From Ferrimicrobium sp. UBA6820 (GTDB lineage Bacteria > Actinomycetota > Acidimicrobiia > Acidimicrobiales > RAAP-2), in assembly GCA_002452255.1 (NCBI GenBank), contig DKEO01000057.1:10081-47614 (forward strand): a DNA stretch of 37,534 nucleotides. The letters run 5' to 3'. Position 1 is the first letter of the stretch; each line of letters starts with the position of its first letter. Shown here one piece after another: positions 18,416-27,689 of this stretch. The notes beneath the pieces were generated by a model. The model ran no database searches. It saw only the letters and a program-made list of their open reading frames with translations, and was not told the origin of the DNA. Position numbers and translations under genes: made by a program.

Positions 18416-19636
18416 GTGTCGACGCCTACTTCTTTCCCTAGTCCCGTCTCACGTGGTCTTCTGGCTCGTCTGGTCGCCTTGGTGCTGGGTGGTGTCGTCG
18501 CCGCGGCCTTGATCATCGGGATCCAGTTGCCCTTATTGCATCCGCTGGCCCGCAGCCACGTGAACGCGTTGAACGTGATTTCGAGCGGCACTGGCGAACC
18601 CATCGCGTGGCCGAGCGTGGGTAGCGCGGCCCTGGTCATCCCGTCACTCGGGGTCGAGCGCAGTTGGCACAACAGCGTGCAACCCATTGCGAGTCTCACG
18701 AAACTGATGACCGCCTACGTCGTGTTGAAGCGGTTGCCCTTGGCGCAGGGCGAGACCGGCCCGTGCATCACGATCACGCCCGACGACGTCGTGGCGTACG
18801 AACAACTGAAGGTGTCCGACCAGTCGAGCGTGGCGGTGACGAGCGGCGAGTCGCTGTGTGAGAACGACTTGTTGAACGGCCTCTTGGTGCATTCGGCGAG
18901 CAACTACGCGGTACTGCTCGCCAACATGGTCGCCGGCAACGTCACGGACTTCGTCGCGCTGATGAACGCGGCGGCTCGAAACCTGGGAATGCGCGGGACG
19001 AGCTACGCCGACGTCTCGGGCTTCAGCGACGAGTCCGTGTCGACGGCACTTGATCAGGGGAGGCTCGCGGCGCTCTTGATGAAGTCGCCGCTGGTGCGCG
19101 GCATCGTCGACCAGACGAGTGTGGTCCTGCCGTTCGCGGGCACGGTGTACTCCTTCACGCCCGACGTCGGGATCGACAACGTCATCGGCGTCAAATCGGG
19201 ACGCACGGCTGCCGCGGGCGGTTGCGACGTGATGGCCATGACCTTTCTCAATGGCTCCACCACGGACGTGGCCTACGCCGTCGTACTGGGTCAGCGGGGC
19301 GGGAACCTGCTGGGACCCGCGGGTGAGGCGGCGCTCGCCCTCGAACAGTCGGCGACCACGCAAGACCACTCGACCCTCGCCGCGGGCACCGTGGTCGGAA
19401 GCATTGGCTGGGGGGCGCACCGGGCCCACATCGTCCTGGCTCGCTCGGCCCGTTTTTCGTGGTGGGCGGCGAAGGGGGCGTTGAGTGCCCAAGTCCACGT
19501 GCGACGTTTCTCGAGCGGCATCGATAAGGGCCAAGTCGTGGGTTACGTGAGCGTGGGCGCACACCAGCAACGGCGCTTGGCCCTGGTTGCCAGCGCCGCG
19601 GTAGCCCCGCCGTCGCTGTGGCAACGCCTACGCTGA
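18416..19636 (+). CDS. D-alanyl-D-alanine carboxypeptidase family protein (peptidase S11)
   Basis: N-terminal TM; PIASLTKLMTA (SxxK), GVKSG (KTG-like); SxN position reads SAS. Confidence 0.85.
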   Translation: MSTPTSFPSPVSRGLLARLVALVLGGVVAAALIIGIQLPLLHPLARSHVNALNVISSGTGEPIAWPSVGSAALVIPSLGVERSWHNSVQPIASLTKLMTAYVVLKRLPLAQGETGPCITITPDDVVAYEQLKVSDQSSVAVTSGESLCENDLLNGLLVHSASNYAVLLANMVAGNVTDFVALMNAAARNLGMRGTSYADVSGFSDESVSTALDQGRLAALLMKSPLVRGIVDQTSVVLPFAGTVYSFTPDVGIDNVIGVKSGRTAAAGGCDVMAMTFLNGSTTDVAYAVVLGQRGGNLLGPAGEAALALEQSATTQDHSTLAAGTVVGSIGWGAHRAHIVLARSARFSWWAAKGALSAQVHVRRFSSGIDKGQVVGYVSVGAHQQRRLALVASAAVAPPSLWQRLR

Positions 19637-19640
19637 ATTC

Positions 19641-20486
19641 GTGCGATGTCGCGTTCCCGCCAGTTCGGCCAACCTCGGCCCCGGATTCGACGTGCTCGCC
19701 GTGGCGCTGCAGCTCTACGTCGAGGTGAGTCTCGAACCCGCTGATCATTTCGCTATTTCGAGCGAGGGATTCGGCGCGGGACAGTTCGACGATGAGCGTC
19801 ATCTGGCCGCGCTGGTCGCCAAATCGGTGCTCGGCCATGAGAACTTCGCGTTGCACGTGAACTCGAACGTTCCCTTGTCGCGAGGTCTCGGTTCGTCGGC
19901 CGCGCTCGCTCTCGCCGCGGCCGCGGCCGCGGGAGCCACTGACCCGCTCGCCCTGGCGAGCGACGTTGACGGCCACGCGGAGAACGCCGCCGCTTCGCTG
20001 CTCGGCGGACTCGTCGCGGCGAGCGTGCGCGACGGTGGCGTCGTGGCGCGGTCACTTGCCCTCGACCCGGCTTGGCGATTCGTCGTCGTGATCCCCGAGG
20101 TGGAACTCAAGACCACCGACGCGCGCCACGTGTTGCCCAGCACGGTGCCCTTCGCCGACGCGGTGTTCAACTTGAGCTCGCTCGGGCTGTTGATCGCGGG
20201 TCTCGCGCGCCACGATGACTTCGTCGCGTCCTCGATGGACGACGCACTGCATCAGAACTACCGCATGGACCTCGTGAAGTTCGCCCGTCCGCTTCTGGCG
20301 GCCCTGCGAGAAGCGGGCGCGCTGGGCTCGTGTTGGTCTGGCGCCGGTTCGACGATGCTCGGTCTGTGCCTCGCCGACAGCGCCGAAGGGGTCGCGCACG
20401 CCGCACGCGAGTTCCTCGAGGACCACTCTGAACCGGGCAGCGTCCTCGTCCTCGAAGCGGACCGCACCGGCCTGGTCACTCTTTGA
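19641..20486 (+). CDS. thrB: Homoserine kinase
   Basis: VPASSANLGPGFD, PLSRGLGSS, SGAGST GHMP motifs. Confidence 0.95.
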   Translation: MRCRVPASSANLGPGFDVLAVALQLYVEVSLEPADHFAISSEGFGAGQFDDERHLAALVAKSVLGHENFALHVNSNVPLSRGLGSSAALALAAAAAAGATDPLALASDVDGHAENAAASLLGGLVAASVRDGGVVARSLALDPAWRFVVVIPEVELKTTDARHVLPSTVPFADAVFNLSSLGLLIAGLARHDDFVASSMDDALHQNYRMDLVKFARPLLAALREAGALGSCWSGAGSTMLGLCLADSAEGVAHAAREFLEDHSEPGSVLVLEADRTGLVTL

Positions 20487-21361
20487 AGCACGCGACGACC
20501 GGCGCCTCGCGAGACACGGCCGTGGGCGCGGGGCTCGTGCTCTTCGCCGCGCTGTTCATTCCGTGGTCGGCGGCCCTCGTGCAACCGGCCTTTGGCCTGA
20601 TTGGACCCGCGGCGTCGAGTTCGTGGCGATTCTTGTTGGGTGCCGTGATGTTGTTAGTGATCGCTCGCCCGAACGTGCGTCGCTTCACGCGCCATCAGTG
20701 GATCGGGGCGTTCGCCTTCGGCACGGCGGTCGCCTTCATGAACGTGTCGTTCTACGAAGCGATCGCGCGCATCCCACTCGGCAGCGCCGTCGTGATCGAG
20801 TTTCTCGGCCCGTTACTGGTCGCCGCACTGGGAAAACGCACGTGGCAACACTTCGGATTCGTGTTGCTCGCCGCGCTTGGCGTCGTCGCTCTCTCGCACC
20901 CGGGGGGTGGGCTCGAGGTGACGGGCGTGCTGTTCGCGCTGGGGGCGGGTGCCGGGTGGGCGACGTACCTCTTCGCCGCCCAGCGCGTCGGCGGTTCGAC
21001 CAACGGACTCGAGGGACTCGCGGCCGGCGTCACCATTTCGGCCCTCTGGTCGTTACCGTTCACCTTGTCGAGCACGCGAGTCGTACTGGCGCATCCTTAC
21101 GTGATGGGCCGGCTGGCCCTCGTGGCGCTCATGGCCCTCGTGCTCGGTTTCGGCGCCGAGATGTCGGCCCTGCGACGCCTCAAGCCTTCGATCGTGGGGG
21201 TGCTGGTGGCCTTTGACCCGGTGCTCGCGTTCTTCGTGGGTTGGCTCTTGCTCTCCCAGCGCGTGAGTGGTTGGGACTACGTGGGCGTGGCGTGCGTGGT
21301 GCTGGCGAGCATCGGCGTCACCCGCGATTCCTCCCGGGAGGTTCTAGAAGTCGCTCGGTAG
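20483..21361 (+). CDS. EamA/RhtA-like DMT transporter (possible threonine/homoserine exporter)
   Basis: About 10 TM; ARIPLGSAVVIEFLGPLLVA resembles the RhtA signature; TTG start overlaps thrB stop. Confidence 0.85.
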   Translation: MKHATTGASRDTAVGAGLVLFAALFIPWSAALVQPAFGLIGPAASSSWRFLLGAVMLLVIARPNVRRFTRHQWIGAFAFGTAVAFMNVSFYEAIARIPLGSAVVIEFLGPLLVAALGKRTWQHFGFVLLAALGVVALSHPGGGLEVTGVLFALGAGAGWATYLFAAQRVGGSTNGLEGLAAGVTISALWSLPFTLSSTRVVLAHPYVMGRLALVALMALVLGFGAEMSALRRLKPSIVGVLVAFDPVLAFFVGWLLLSQRVSGWDYVGVACVVLASIGVTRDSSREVLEVAR

Positions 21362-21370
21362 GCTGGGGGG

Positions 21371-22762
21371 GTGACGGCACCGAAAACCTTCTCCATTCGC
21401 ACCTTTGGTTGCCAGATGAACGAGCACGACTCCGAAAGACTGGCGGGCCTCTTGGTCGCCGACGGTCTCGTGCCCGCCACGAACGATCAAGAGGCCGACG
21501 TGGTGGTGTTCAACACCTGCACAATTCGAGAGAACGCGGATCTCAAGCTCTACAGCGCCCTCGGGCACCTCAAGGCGCTCAAGGAGCAACGACCGGACAT
21601 GCAGATCGCGGTGGGCGGCTGCATGGCCCAGAAGGACCGCGGCGCGATCCAGCAGCGGGCCTCGTGGGTCGACGTCGTCTTTGGCACCCACAACCTCGCC
21701 TCCGCGCCGGCGTTGCTGCGTCGCGCGCGTCGCGAAGGTCCGATCACCGAGGTACTGGACGCACCCGATCCGCAGGCCAACCTCGACATGGCGCCGGCCC
21801 TCTACGCCGTGCGCGAGAGCGCCTACGCCGCGTGGATCACCATCCAGACGGGCTGTGACAACACCTGCAGCTACTGCATCGTGCCGTCGGTGCGCGGACG
21901 TGAGATCAGTCGACCGATCACGGACCTGATCGAAGAGGCGACCATGCTGGCGTCGTCGGGCGTCGTCGAACTCACCGTCCTGGGTCAGAACGTCAATTCT
22001 TACGGCCGCGACATCACCCGGCGAGGACCGTTGTTCGCCGAACTCCTGCGGGCCCTCGGCGAGGTGGCGGGCATCGAGCGGATCAGGTTCACCAGTCCGC
22101 ACCCCAAGGACCTGCGTCCCGAAACGATCGCCGCGATGGCCGAGACCCCCACGGTCTGTCCGCAGCTGCACTTGCCCCTCCAGCACGGTTCGAACCGGGT
22201 GCTCGCGGCGATGCGTCGCGGCTACACGCTCGAGCGTTACCTCGAGCGACTAGCGCTGGCGCGCGAGGCGATTCCCGACCTCGCGGTCACGACCGATCTG
22301 ATCGTGGGTTTTCCCGGCGAGACCGACGCCGAGTTCGATGAACTGCTGGCCGCAGTGAGCGTCGCCCAGTTCGACTCGGCCTACACTTTCATCTTCTCCG
22401 CGCGCGAAGGCACCCGCGCCGCCTTGATGACCGATCAGTTCATCGCCGACGACGTGATCAAGGAACGTTTCGAACGTCTGAAACAAGTGCTCGACCGCAG
22501 TGCGTTGCTCAAACACGAGGCCCGCGTTGGCCGACTCGAAGAGGTCCTCGTCGAAGGTCCTTCACGGCGCAATGCGGCGATGCTCTCGGGACGCACTCGC
22601 CAGGGCAAGCTCGTCCACTTCGCGTGTCAAGACGACGTGCGCGTGGGCTCGCTGGTGCGCGTGCGCGTGAACCACGGGGCCCCGTATCATCTGCTCGGCG
22701 AGATCGAGGACATCGTGCGTGCTCCGCGCCACAAGGTACGAATACCGCTTCGAAGCTCGTGA
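21371..22762 (+). CDS. miaB: tRNA-2-methylthio-N6-dimethylallyladenosine synthase
   Basis: TFGCQMNEHDSE, NTCTIRENA, GGCMAQ, radical SAM CDNTCSYC, C-terminal TRAM. Confidence 0.98.
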   Translation: MTAPKTFSIRTFGCQMNEHDSERLAGLLVADGLVPATNDQEADVVVFNTCTIRENADLKLYSALGHLKALKEQRPDMQIAVGGCMAQKDRGAIQQRASWVDVVFGTHNLASAPALLRRARREGPITEVLDAPDPQANLDMAPALYAVRESAYAAWITIQTGCDNTCSYCIVPSVRGREISRPITDLIEEATMLASSGVVELTVLGQNVNSYGRDITRRGPLFAELLRALGEVAGIERIRFTSPHPKDLRPETIAAMAETPTVCPQLHLPLQHGSNRVLAAMRRGYTLERYLERLALAREAIPDLAVTTDLIVGFPGETDAEFDELLAAVSVAQFDSAYTFIFSAREGTRAALMTDQFIADDVIKERFERLKQVLDRSALLKHEARVGRLEEVLVEGPSRRNAAMLSGRTRQGKLVHFACQDDVRVGSLVRVRVNHGAPYHLLGEIEDIVRAPRHKVRIPLRSS

Positions 22763-23691
22763 TGAACCACGGCGGCCCGGCGGTCGCGCTCGTCGGCACG
22801 ACCGCGTCGGGCAAGTCGGCGCTCGCGCACGAACTGTGTCTGGAGCAGCGCGACGTGTCGATATTGTGCGTCGACGCAATGACCGTCTATCGCGGCATGG
22901 ATATCGGCACCGCCAAACCCACACCCGCCCAACGCGACCAAGTCCGCTACGAGCTGTTAGACCTCGTCGAACCGAGCGAGGAGTTCACGCTCTACGAGTT
23001 CCAGCAGGCGGCGCGTGCGAGCGCGCGGGACGTCTGGCAGCTCGGCGAGGCCGTGCTCTACGTGGGGGGCACCGGTCTCTATGGTCGCGCGGTACTCGAC
23101 AACTTCGAGATTCCCCGTCAGTACCCTGAGGTGCGCGCGGTCCTCGAACAGCGAACCGACGATCCGGCGACGTTGTACGAGGAGTTGCGCCAGCTCGACC
23201 CGGTGGCGGCCCAGCGCATGGAACCCACCAACGAGCGTCGGATCGTGCGCGCGCTCGAGGTGACCCTCGGAAGTGGTCGACCGTTCTCCTCGTACGGTCC
23301 CGGACTTCGCACCTACGGACCGGTGCGCGTGATCCAGGTCGGGCTTCGCGTCGACTTCGCGGTACTGGACGAACGTATCGAGAAACGATTTCGCCAGTGG
23401 ATGGACGAGGGTCTGCTCGAAGAGGTGCGCTCGCTCGCGAATGGTCCGCGAGGTCTCAGCCGTACCGCGCGCCAAGCCGTGGGCTATCGGGAGTTGCTTC
23501 GTCACGTCGAACAGGGCGCGGACCTCGACGAGTGCGTGCGTGACGCGATCACCCAGAGCAAACGACTCGCTCGCCGTCAGCGATCGTGGTTCTCGCGCGA
23601 TCCGCGCATCGAATGGTTCGACGACGTCCCCCTCGCCGCGAAACGGTTGGTCGAAGTTCTGAACTCACCCGACGGGTTCGTGCGAGACTAG
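22762..23691 (+). CDS. miaA: tRNA dimethylallyltransferase
   Basis: GTTASGKS, VYRGMDIGTAKP, VGGTGLY, RRIVRALEV, RRQRSWF; start ATG 22762 or GTG 22759 overlapping miaB stop. Confidence 0.97.
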   Translation: MNHGGPAVALVGTTASGKSALAHELCLEQRDVSILCVDAMTVYRGMDIGTAKPTPAQRDQVRYELLDLVEPSEEFTLYEFQQAARASARDVWQLGEAVLYVGGTGLYGRAVLDNFEIPRQYPEVRAVLEQRTDDPATLYEELRQLDPVAAQRMEPTNERRIVRALEVTLGSGRPFSSYGPGLRTYGPVRVIQVGLRVDFAVLDERIEKRFRQWMDEGLLEEVRSLANGPRGLSRTARQAVGYRELLRHVEQGADLDECVRDAITQSKRLARRQRSWFSRDPRIEWFDDVPLAAKRLVEVLNSPDGFVRD

Positions 23692-23697
23692 GTAGCA

Positions 23698-24465
23698 GTG
23701 ACACTTCGATCCCTTCAAAAATGGCACGGCGCCGGCAATGACTTCCTCGTCGACGTCCTCGAGCCCGGCGAGAGCACGTGGTGGAACGCCCAGCGCGCCC
23801 AGCGCGTGTGCCACCGGGCCCTGGGCGTGGGTGCGGACGGTCTTCTGGTCGCCGTGCTCGATGAACCGGTCACCATGATTCTCTACAACGCCGACGGTGG
23901 CGTCGCCGAGATGTCGGGCAACGGGATCCGCTGTCTCGCGGCGGCCGTGCGTCGAACGACCAAGGCCGACTGGGACGAATTGGAAGTCGCTACCGACGCC
24001 GGGGTGCGCGTGGTCAGCCTCGCGATGAACGGGGACGATGGCTACGGCAGCGTGGCGATGGGCGAGGTGACCTTCGAAGCGACGGTGCCGGGTTCACTCG
24101 GCGTCGCCAACGTCGGCAACCCGCACGTCGTGGTGCGCGACGACCCGTCCTGGGACCAGGAGGCCTGCGAACGAGTGGCGGCGCCACTCGCCCAAAGCGT
24201 CGGCGGAGCGAACGTCGAGTTCGTCACCGTGCTCGACCAGAGCCGGGCGCGCATTCGCGTGATCGAGCGCGGCGTGGGCTGGACGCTCGCCTGCGGCACG
24301 GGATCGGTCGCGACCGCCGCGGTGTTGCACCGCGAGGGCCTGGTGGGGGTCGAGGTCACCATCGAGAATCCGGGCGGCGATCTGATGGTGCGTCTCGACG
24401 AGGACGGCGCCCGGCTCGCGGGACCAGTCCAGTTCGTCGCGAACGTGGAGTGGCTCGAAGCGTGA
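23698..24465 (+). CDS. dapF: Diaminopimelate epimerase (first catalytic Cys replaced by Ser)
   Basis: KWHGAGNDF, GVGADG, NADG..EMSGNG, VGNPH, NVEFV, ERGVGWTLACGTG; miaA-dapF-hflX order. Confidence 0.92.
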   Translation: MTLRSLQKWHGAGNDFLVDVLEPGESTWWNAQRAQRVCHRALGVGADGLLVAVLDEPVTMILYNADGGVAEMSGNGIRCLAAAVRRTTKADWDELEVATDAGVRVVSLAMNGDDGYGSVAMGEVTFEATVPGSLGVANVGNPHVVVRDDPSWDQEACERVAAPLAQSVGGANVEFVTVLDQSRARIRVIERGVGWTLACGTGSVATAAVLHREGLVGVEVTIENPGGDLMVRLDEDGARLAGPVQFVANVEWLEA

Positions 24466-25742
24466 CGTATATTCCCTCCACGCTCATTGAACGTACGTTT
24501 CGCGAGAAGATCGTGCTCGTCGGCGTGCAGTTCCCGGGCGTTACCACCGAATCCCTCGAGCGACAGTTGGACGAGCTGGCGCTCCTGGTTGACACCGCCG
24601 GCGCCGACGTGGTGGCGCGCGTCGTGCAGCGTCGTGACGCACCCGATCCCGCCACGTTCCTCGGTTCGGGCAAGGTCGACGAGTTGCGCGAGATCTGTCT
24701 GGCGGTTGACTCGGACACGGTGGTCTTCGAACACAACCTCTCGCCGGCTCAGCAGCGCAACTTGGAGAAGATCCTCGGACGCACCGCGATCGACCGAACC
24801 GCGGTCATTTTGGACATCTTCGCCCAGAACGCTCGCACGCCCGAAGGCAAGGCCCAGGTCGAGCTCGCGCTACTGCAGTACCGGCTGCCCCGACTTCGCC
24901 GCGCCAGTGGTTCGCTCTCCCAGCAGGCTGGCGGTATCGGCACGAGGGGACCGGGCGAGACCCAGCTCGAGGTGGACCGACGCCGACTCGTGCACCGGAT
25001 CCACCACATCCGAAACGAGCTGAAGGATATCGACCGCACGCGAGGGGTCCAGCGTCAAGGTCGCGACCGGGGACGCCACCGCGAGGTGACGTTGGTCGGT
25101 TACACCAACGCCGGCAAGTCTTCGATGCTCAACGCCCTCACTGACGCCGACGTCGTGGCCGAGAACCGCCTGTTCGTGACCCTCGACCCTCGAACCCGTC
25201 AGCGCCAACTGCCCGGCGGTGAGACCGTGCTGTTCACCGACACGGTGGGCTTCATCTCGAACCTGCCGCACGAACTCGTCGAGGCCTTCATGAGCACGCT
25301 CAAGTCCGTCCAACTCGCCGACCTCCTGGTGCACGTGGTCGACGGTGCGAGCGACGACGCTGAACAACAGATCAGCGCGGTGCGCGACGTCCTGCGTGAG
25401 ATCGGGGCCGACCAGGTGCCCGAGCTGCTCGTCTTTAACAAGGCCGACGTGGAGGGTTCGCGCGCTCGCGAACTCGCCTCGTCGCACCAGGGCAGTGTCT
25501 GGGTCTCGGCACTCACCGGCGAGAACCTGGACGAACTGATCGTCACCATCGGAGAGCGATTGCGAACCCACGACCGGGTCGTCACCTTGAGCCTGCCCCT
25601 GGATCGAGGCGACCTGATCGCGGCGGCGCATCGCGAGGGCGAGGTGATCGACACCTCGATCACCGACGAGGGCGTGGTCGTGCACGTTGTGCTCGACCCG
25701 GTGGGCGTGGCACGCTTCGAACAGTGGCGGGTACCCGCGTGA
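24462..25742 (+). CDS. hflX: GTPase HflX
   Basis: ILDIFAQNA, GIGTRGPGETQLEVDRR, GYTNAGKS, DTVGF, NKAD. Confidence 0.98.
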   Translation: MTYIPSTLIERTFREKIVLVGVQFPGVTTESLERQLDELALLVDTAGADVVARVVQRRDAPDPATFLGSGKVDELREICLAVDSDTVVFEHNLSPAQQRNLEKILGRTAIDRTAVILDIFAQNARTPEGKAQVELALLQYRLPRLRRASGSLSQQAGGIGTRGPGETQLEVDRRRLVHRIHHIRNELKDIDRTRGVQRQGRDRGRHREVTLVGYTNAGKSSMLNALTDADVVAENRLFVTLDPRTRQRQLPGGETVLFTDTVGFISNLPHELVEAFMSTLKSVQLADLLVHVVDGASDDAEQQISAVRDVLREIGADQVPELLVFNKADVEGSRARELASSHQGSVWVSALTGENLDELIVTIGERLRTHDRVVTLSLPLDRGDLIAAAHREGEVIDTSITDEGVVVHVVLDPVGVARFEQWRVPA

Positions 25743-26845
25743 GCTTCGTCCCACCGCCGTATCCCTACGACCGCCTCGAGGGTTTGAAGAAGCTCGCTGA
25801 GCGCCACGACGGGGGACCGGTCGACTGCTCGATTGGCACGCCCGTCGACGCGCCACCGGACTTCGTCATCGCCGAACTGGCCAAGGGGATCGGCGCTCGG
25901 GGCTACCCCGCGTCAATAGGTTCGCCCGACTACCGCGAGGCGGGCGCCGCGTGGCTCGAGCGACGCTTCGCGGTGACGGTGGGGATCGATCAGTTGGCGG
26001 CGTGCGTGGGGACCAAGGAGTTCGTCGCCTCGCTCGCCCAGTACCTGCACCTTCGCTCGCCCGAACGCGACACGGTCCTCTATCCCGGGGTGAGCTATCC
26101 CACGTACGCCATGAGTGCCGCGCTCGCGGGTCTTCGCGCGGTCCCGGTCGCGATGAAGAACGGAGAGCTCGACCTCACGTCGATCAGTCCCGAGGACGCC
26201 GAGCGCGCTCTCGTCTTGTGGTCGAACTCGCCGTCCAATCCGACCGGGGGTCTTGACGACCTCGAAGCCGTGGCGACTTGGGGCCGTACCCACGACGTGT
26301 TGGTGGCGAGCGACGAGTGTTACGCCGAGTTCACCTGGACCGGCCGGGCTCGCTCGATCCTCGAGTTTGGAATCGACGGCGTCCTCGCCGTTCATTCGGT
26401 CTCGAAGCGATCGAACCTGGCCGGGGTCCGCGCCGGTTTCTACGTAGGTGACCCCGAGGTCGTGGCGTTCTTGCGTCTCGTGCGCCAGCACGCCGGACTC
26501 ATGGTGCCCGGCCCGGTCCAGTCCGCGGTCGCCCTCGCCTACGGTGACGACGCACACGTCGAGACTCAGCGCGCGCGGTACCGGTCGCGGCTCGAACTGC
26601 TCGCCGAGGCGCTCGGGGCCAACGGCGTGGACGCGCCCCTGCCCGACGGAGGCTTCTATCTCTGGTGCTCGATGCCCGGCGCGGACGGCTGGCGCCTCGC
26701 CGAGATGCTCGCGGACGTGGCGGGTCTCATCGTGAGTCCCGGAGAGCTCTACGGTGACGCGGGTGCGCCGTTCGTGCGCATCGCCGTCGTTCAGCCCGAC
26801 GAGCGTCTGGCGCTCGTGGCCTCACGACTCTCAGCGCTCGGCTGA
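25739..26845 (+). CDS. dapC: N-succinyldiaminopimelate aminotransferase (PLP class I/II)
   Basis: YPYDRL, SIGTPVD, NSPSNPTG, SDECY, HSVSKRSNLAGVRAGF; directly before dapD-dapE. Confidence 0.88.
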   Translation: MSFVPPPYPYDRLEGLKKLAERHDGGPVDCSIGTPVDAPPDFVIAELAKGIGARGYPASIGSPDYREAGAAWLERRFAVTVGIDQLAACVGTKEFVASLAQYLHLRSPERDTVLYPGVSYPTYAMSAALAGLRAVPVAMKNGELDLTSISPEDAERALVLWSNSPSNPTGGLDDLEAVATWGRTHDVLVASDECYAEFTWTGRARSILEFGIDGVLAVHSVSKRSNLAGVRAGFYVGDPEVVAFLRLVRQHAGLMVPGPVQSAVALAYGDDAHVETQRARYRSRLELLAEALGANGVDAPLPDGGFYLWCSMPGADGWRLAEMLADVAGLIVSPGELYGDAGAPFVRIAVVQPDERLALVASRLSALG

Positions 26846-26864
26846 GTCTCGGTACGATTGTTCA

Positions 26865-27689
26865 ATGGGCGATCTCGAAGAACGAATAAACGCGTGGCAC
26901 GAACAGATCGCGACCATGACGCCTGGGAATCTCGAGGCCCGACGCGACGTGGAGTTGGTGATCGCCAAGCTCGACGACGGTCAGTTGCGCGTCGCCGAGG
27001 TGGCCCCGAGCGGTGAAGTCATCGTTCACGAATGGGTCAAGAAGGCGATCATGTTGCTGTTTCGACTCCATGGTCTCGAGAAGAGCGAAGCGGGACCATT
27101 CGAATACCTCGACAAACTCGAACTCAAGTACGACTACGAACGCCGCGGCGTTCGCGTGGTGCCGGGAGCGTCGGCGCGGCGCGGCAGTTTTCTCAGCCCC
27201 GGGGTTATTCTCATGCCCAGCTTCGTCAACATCGGCGCCTGGGTCGGTCCGGGCACGATGGTCGACACCTGGGCGACGGTGGGCAGCTGCGCCCAGATTG
27301 GCGCCAACGTGCACCTGGCGGGCGGCGTCGGTATCGGCGGGGTCCTCGAGCCGGCGAACGCCGTGCCCGTCGTGATCGAGGACGGGGCTTTCATCGGGAG
27401 TCGCTGCATGATCGTTGACGGCGCGCGCGTCGGCAAGGGATCGGTCCTCGGCGCGGGGACCATACTGAATCCTTCGATTCCGGTGATCGACGCCGCCACG
27501 GGCGAGGAGGTCTCGCGCGGTCACGTACCCGACTACTGCGTCGCCGTCACGGCGAATCGACGTCGCGAGTACCCCGGCGGCGAGTTCTTCCTCCCGTGCG
27601 TCTTGATCATCAAGCGAATGGAGCAGGGTGAGACCCACGACAAGGTGGCGTTGAACTCACTGCTGCGTGAGCACGGCGTGGCGACGTGA
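26865..27689 (+). CDS. dapD: Tetrahydrodipicolinate N-succinyltransferase
   Basis: EWVKKAI, VRVVPGA, MPSFVNIGAWV, MVDTWATVGSCAQIG, GGVGIGGVLEP; ATG 6 nt after TACGAT. Confidence 0.96.
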   Translation: MGDLEERINAWHEQIATMTPGNLEARRDVELVIAKLDDGQLRVAEVAPSGEVIVHEWVKKAIMLLFRLHGLEKSEAGPFEYLDKLELKYDYERRGVRVVPGASARRGSFLSPGVILMPSFVNIGAWVGPGTMVDTWATVGSCAQIGANVHLAGGVGIGGVLEPANAVPVVIEDGAFIGSRCMIVDGARVGKGSVLGAGTILNPSIPVIDAATGEEVSRGHVPDYCVAVTANRRREYPGGEFFLPCVLIIKRMEQGETHDKVALNSLLREHGVAT

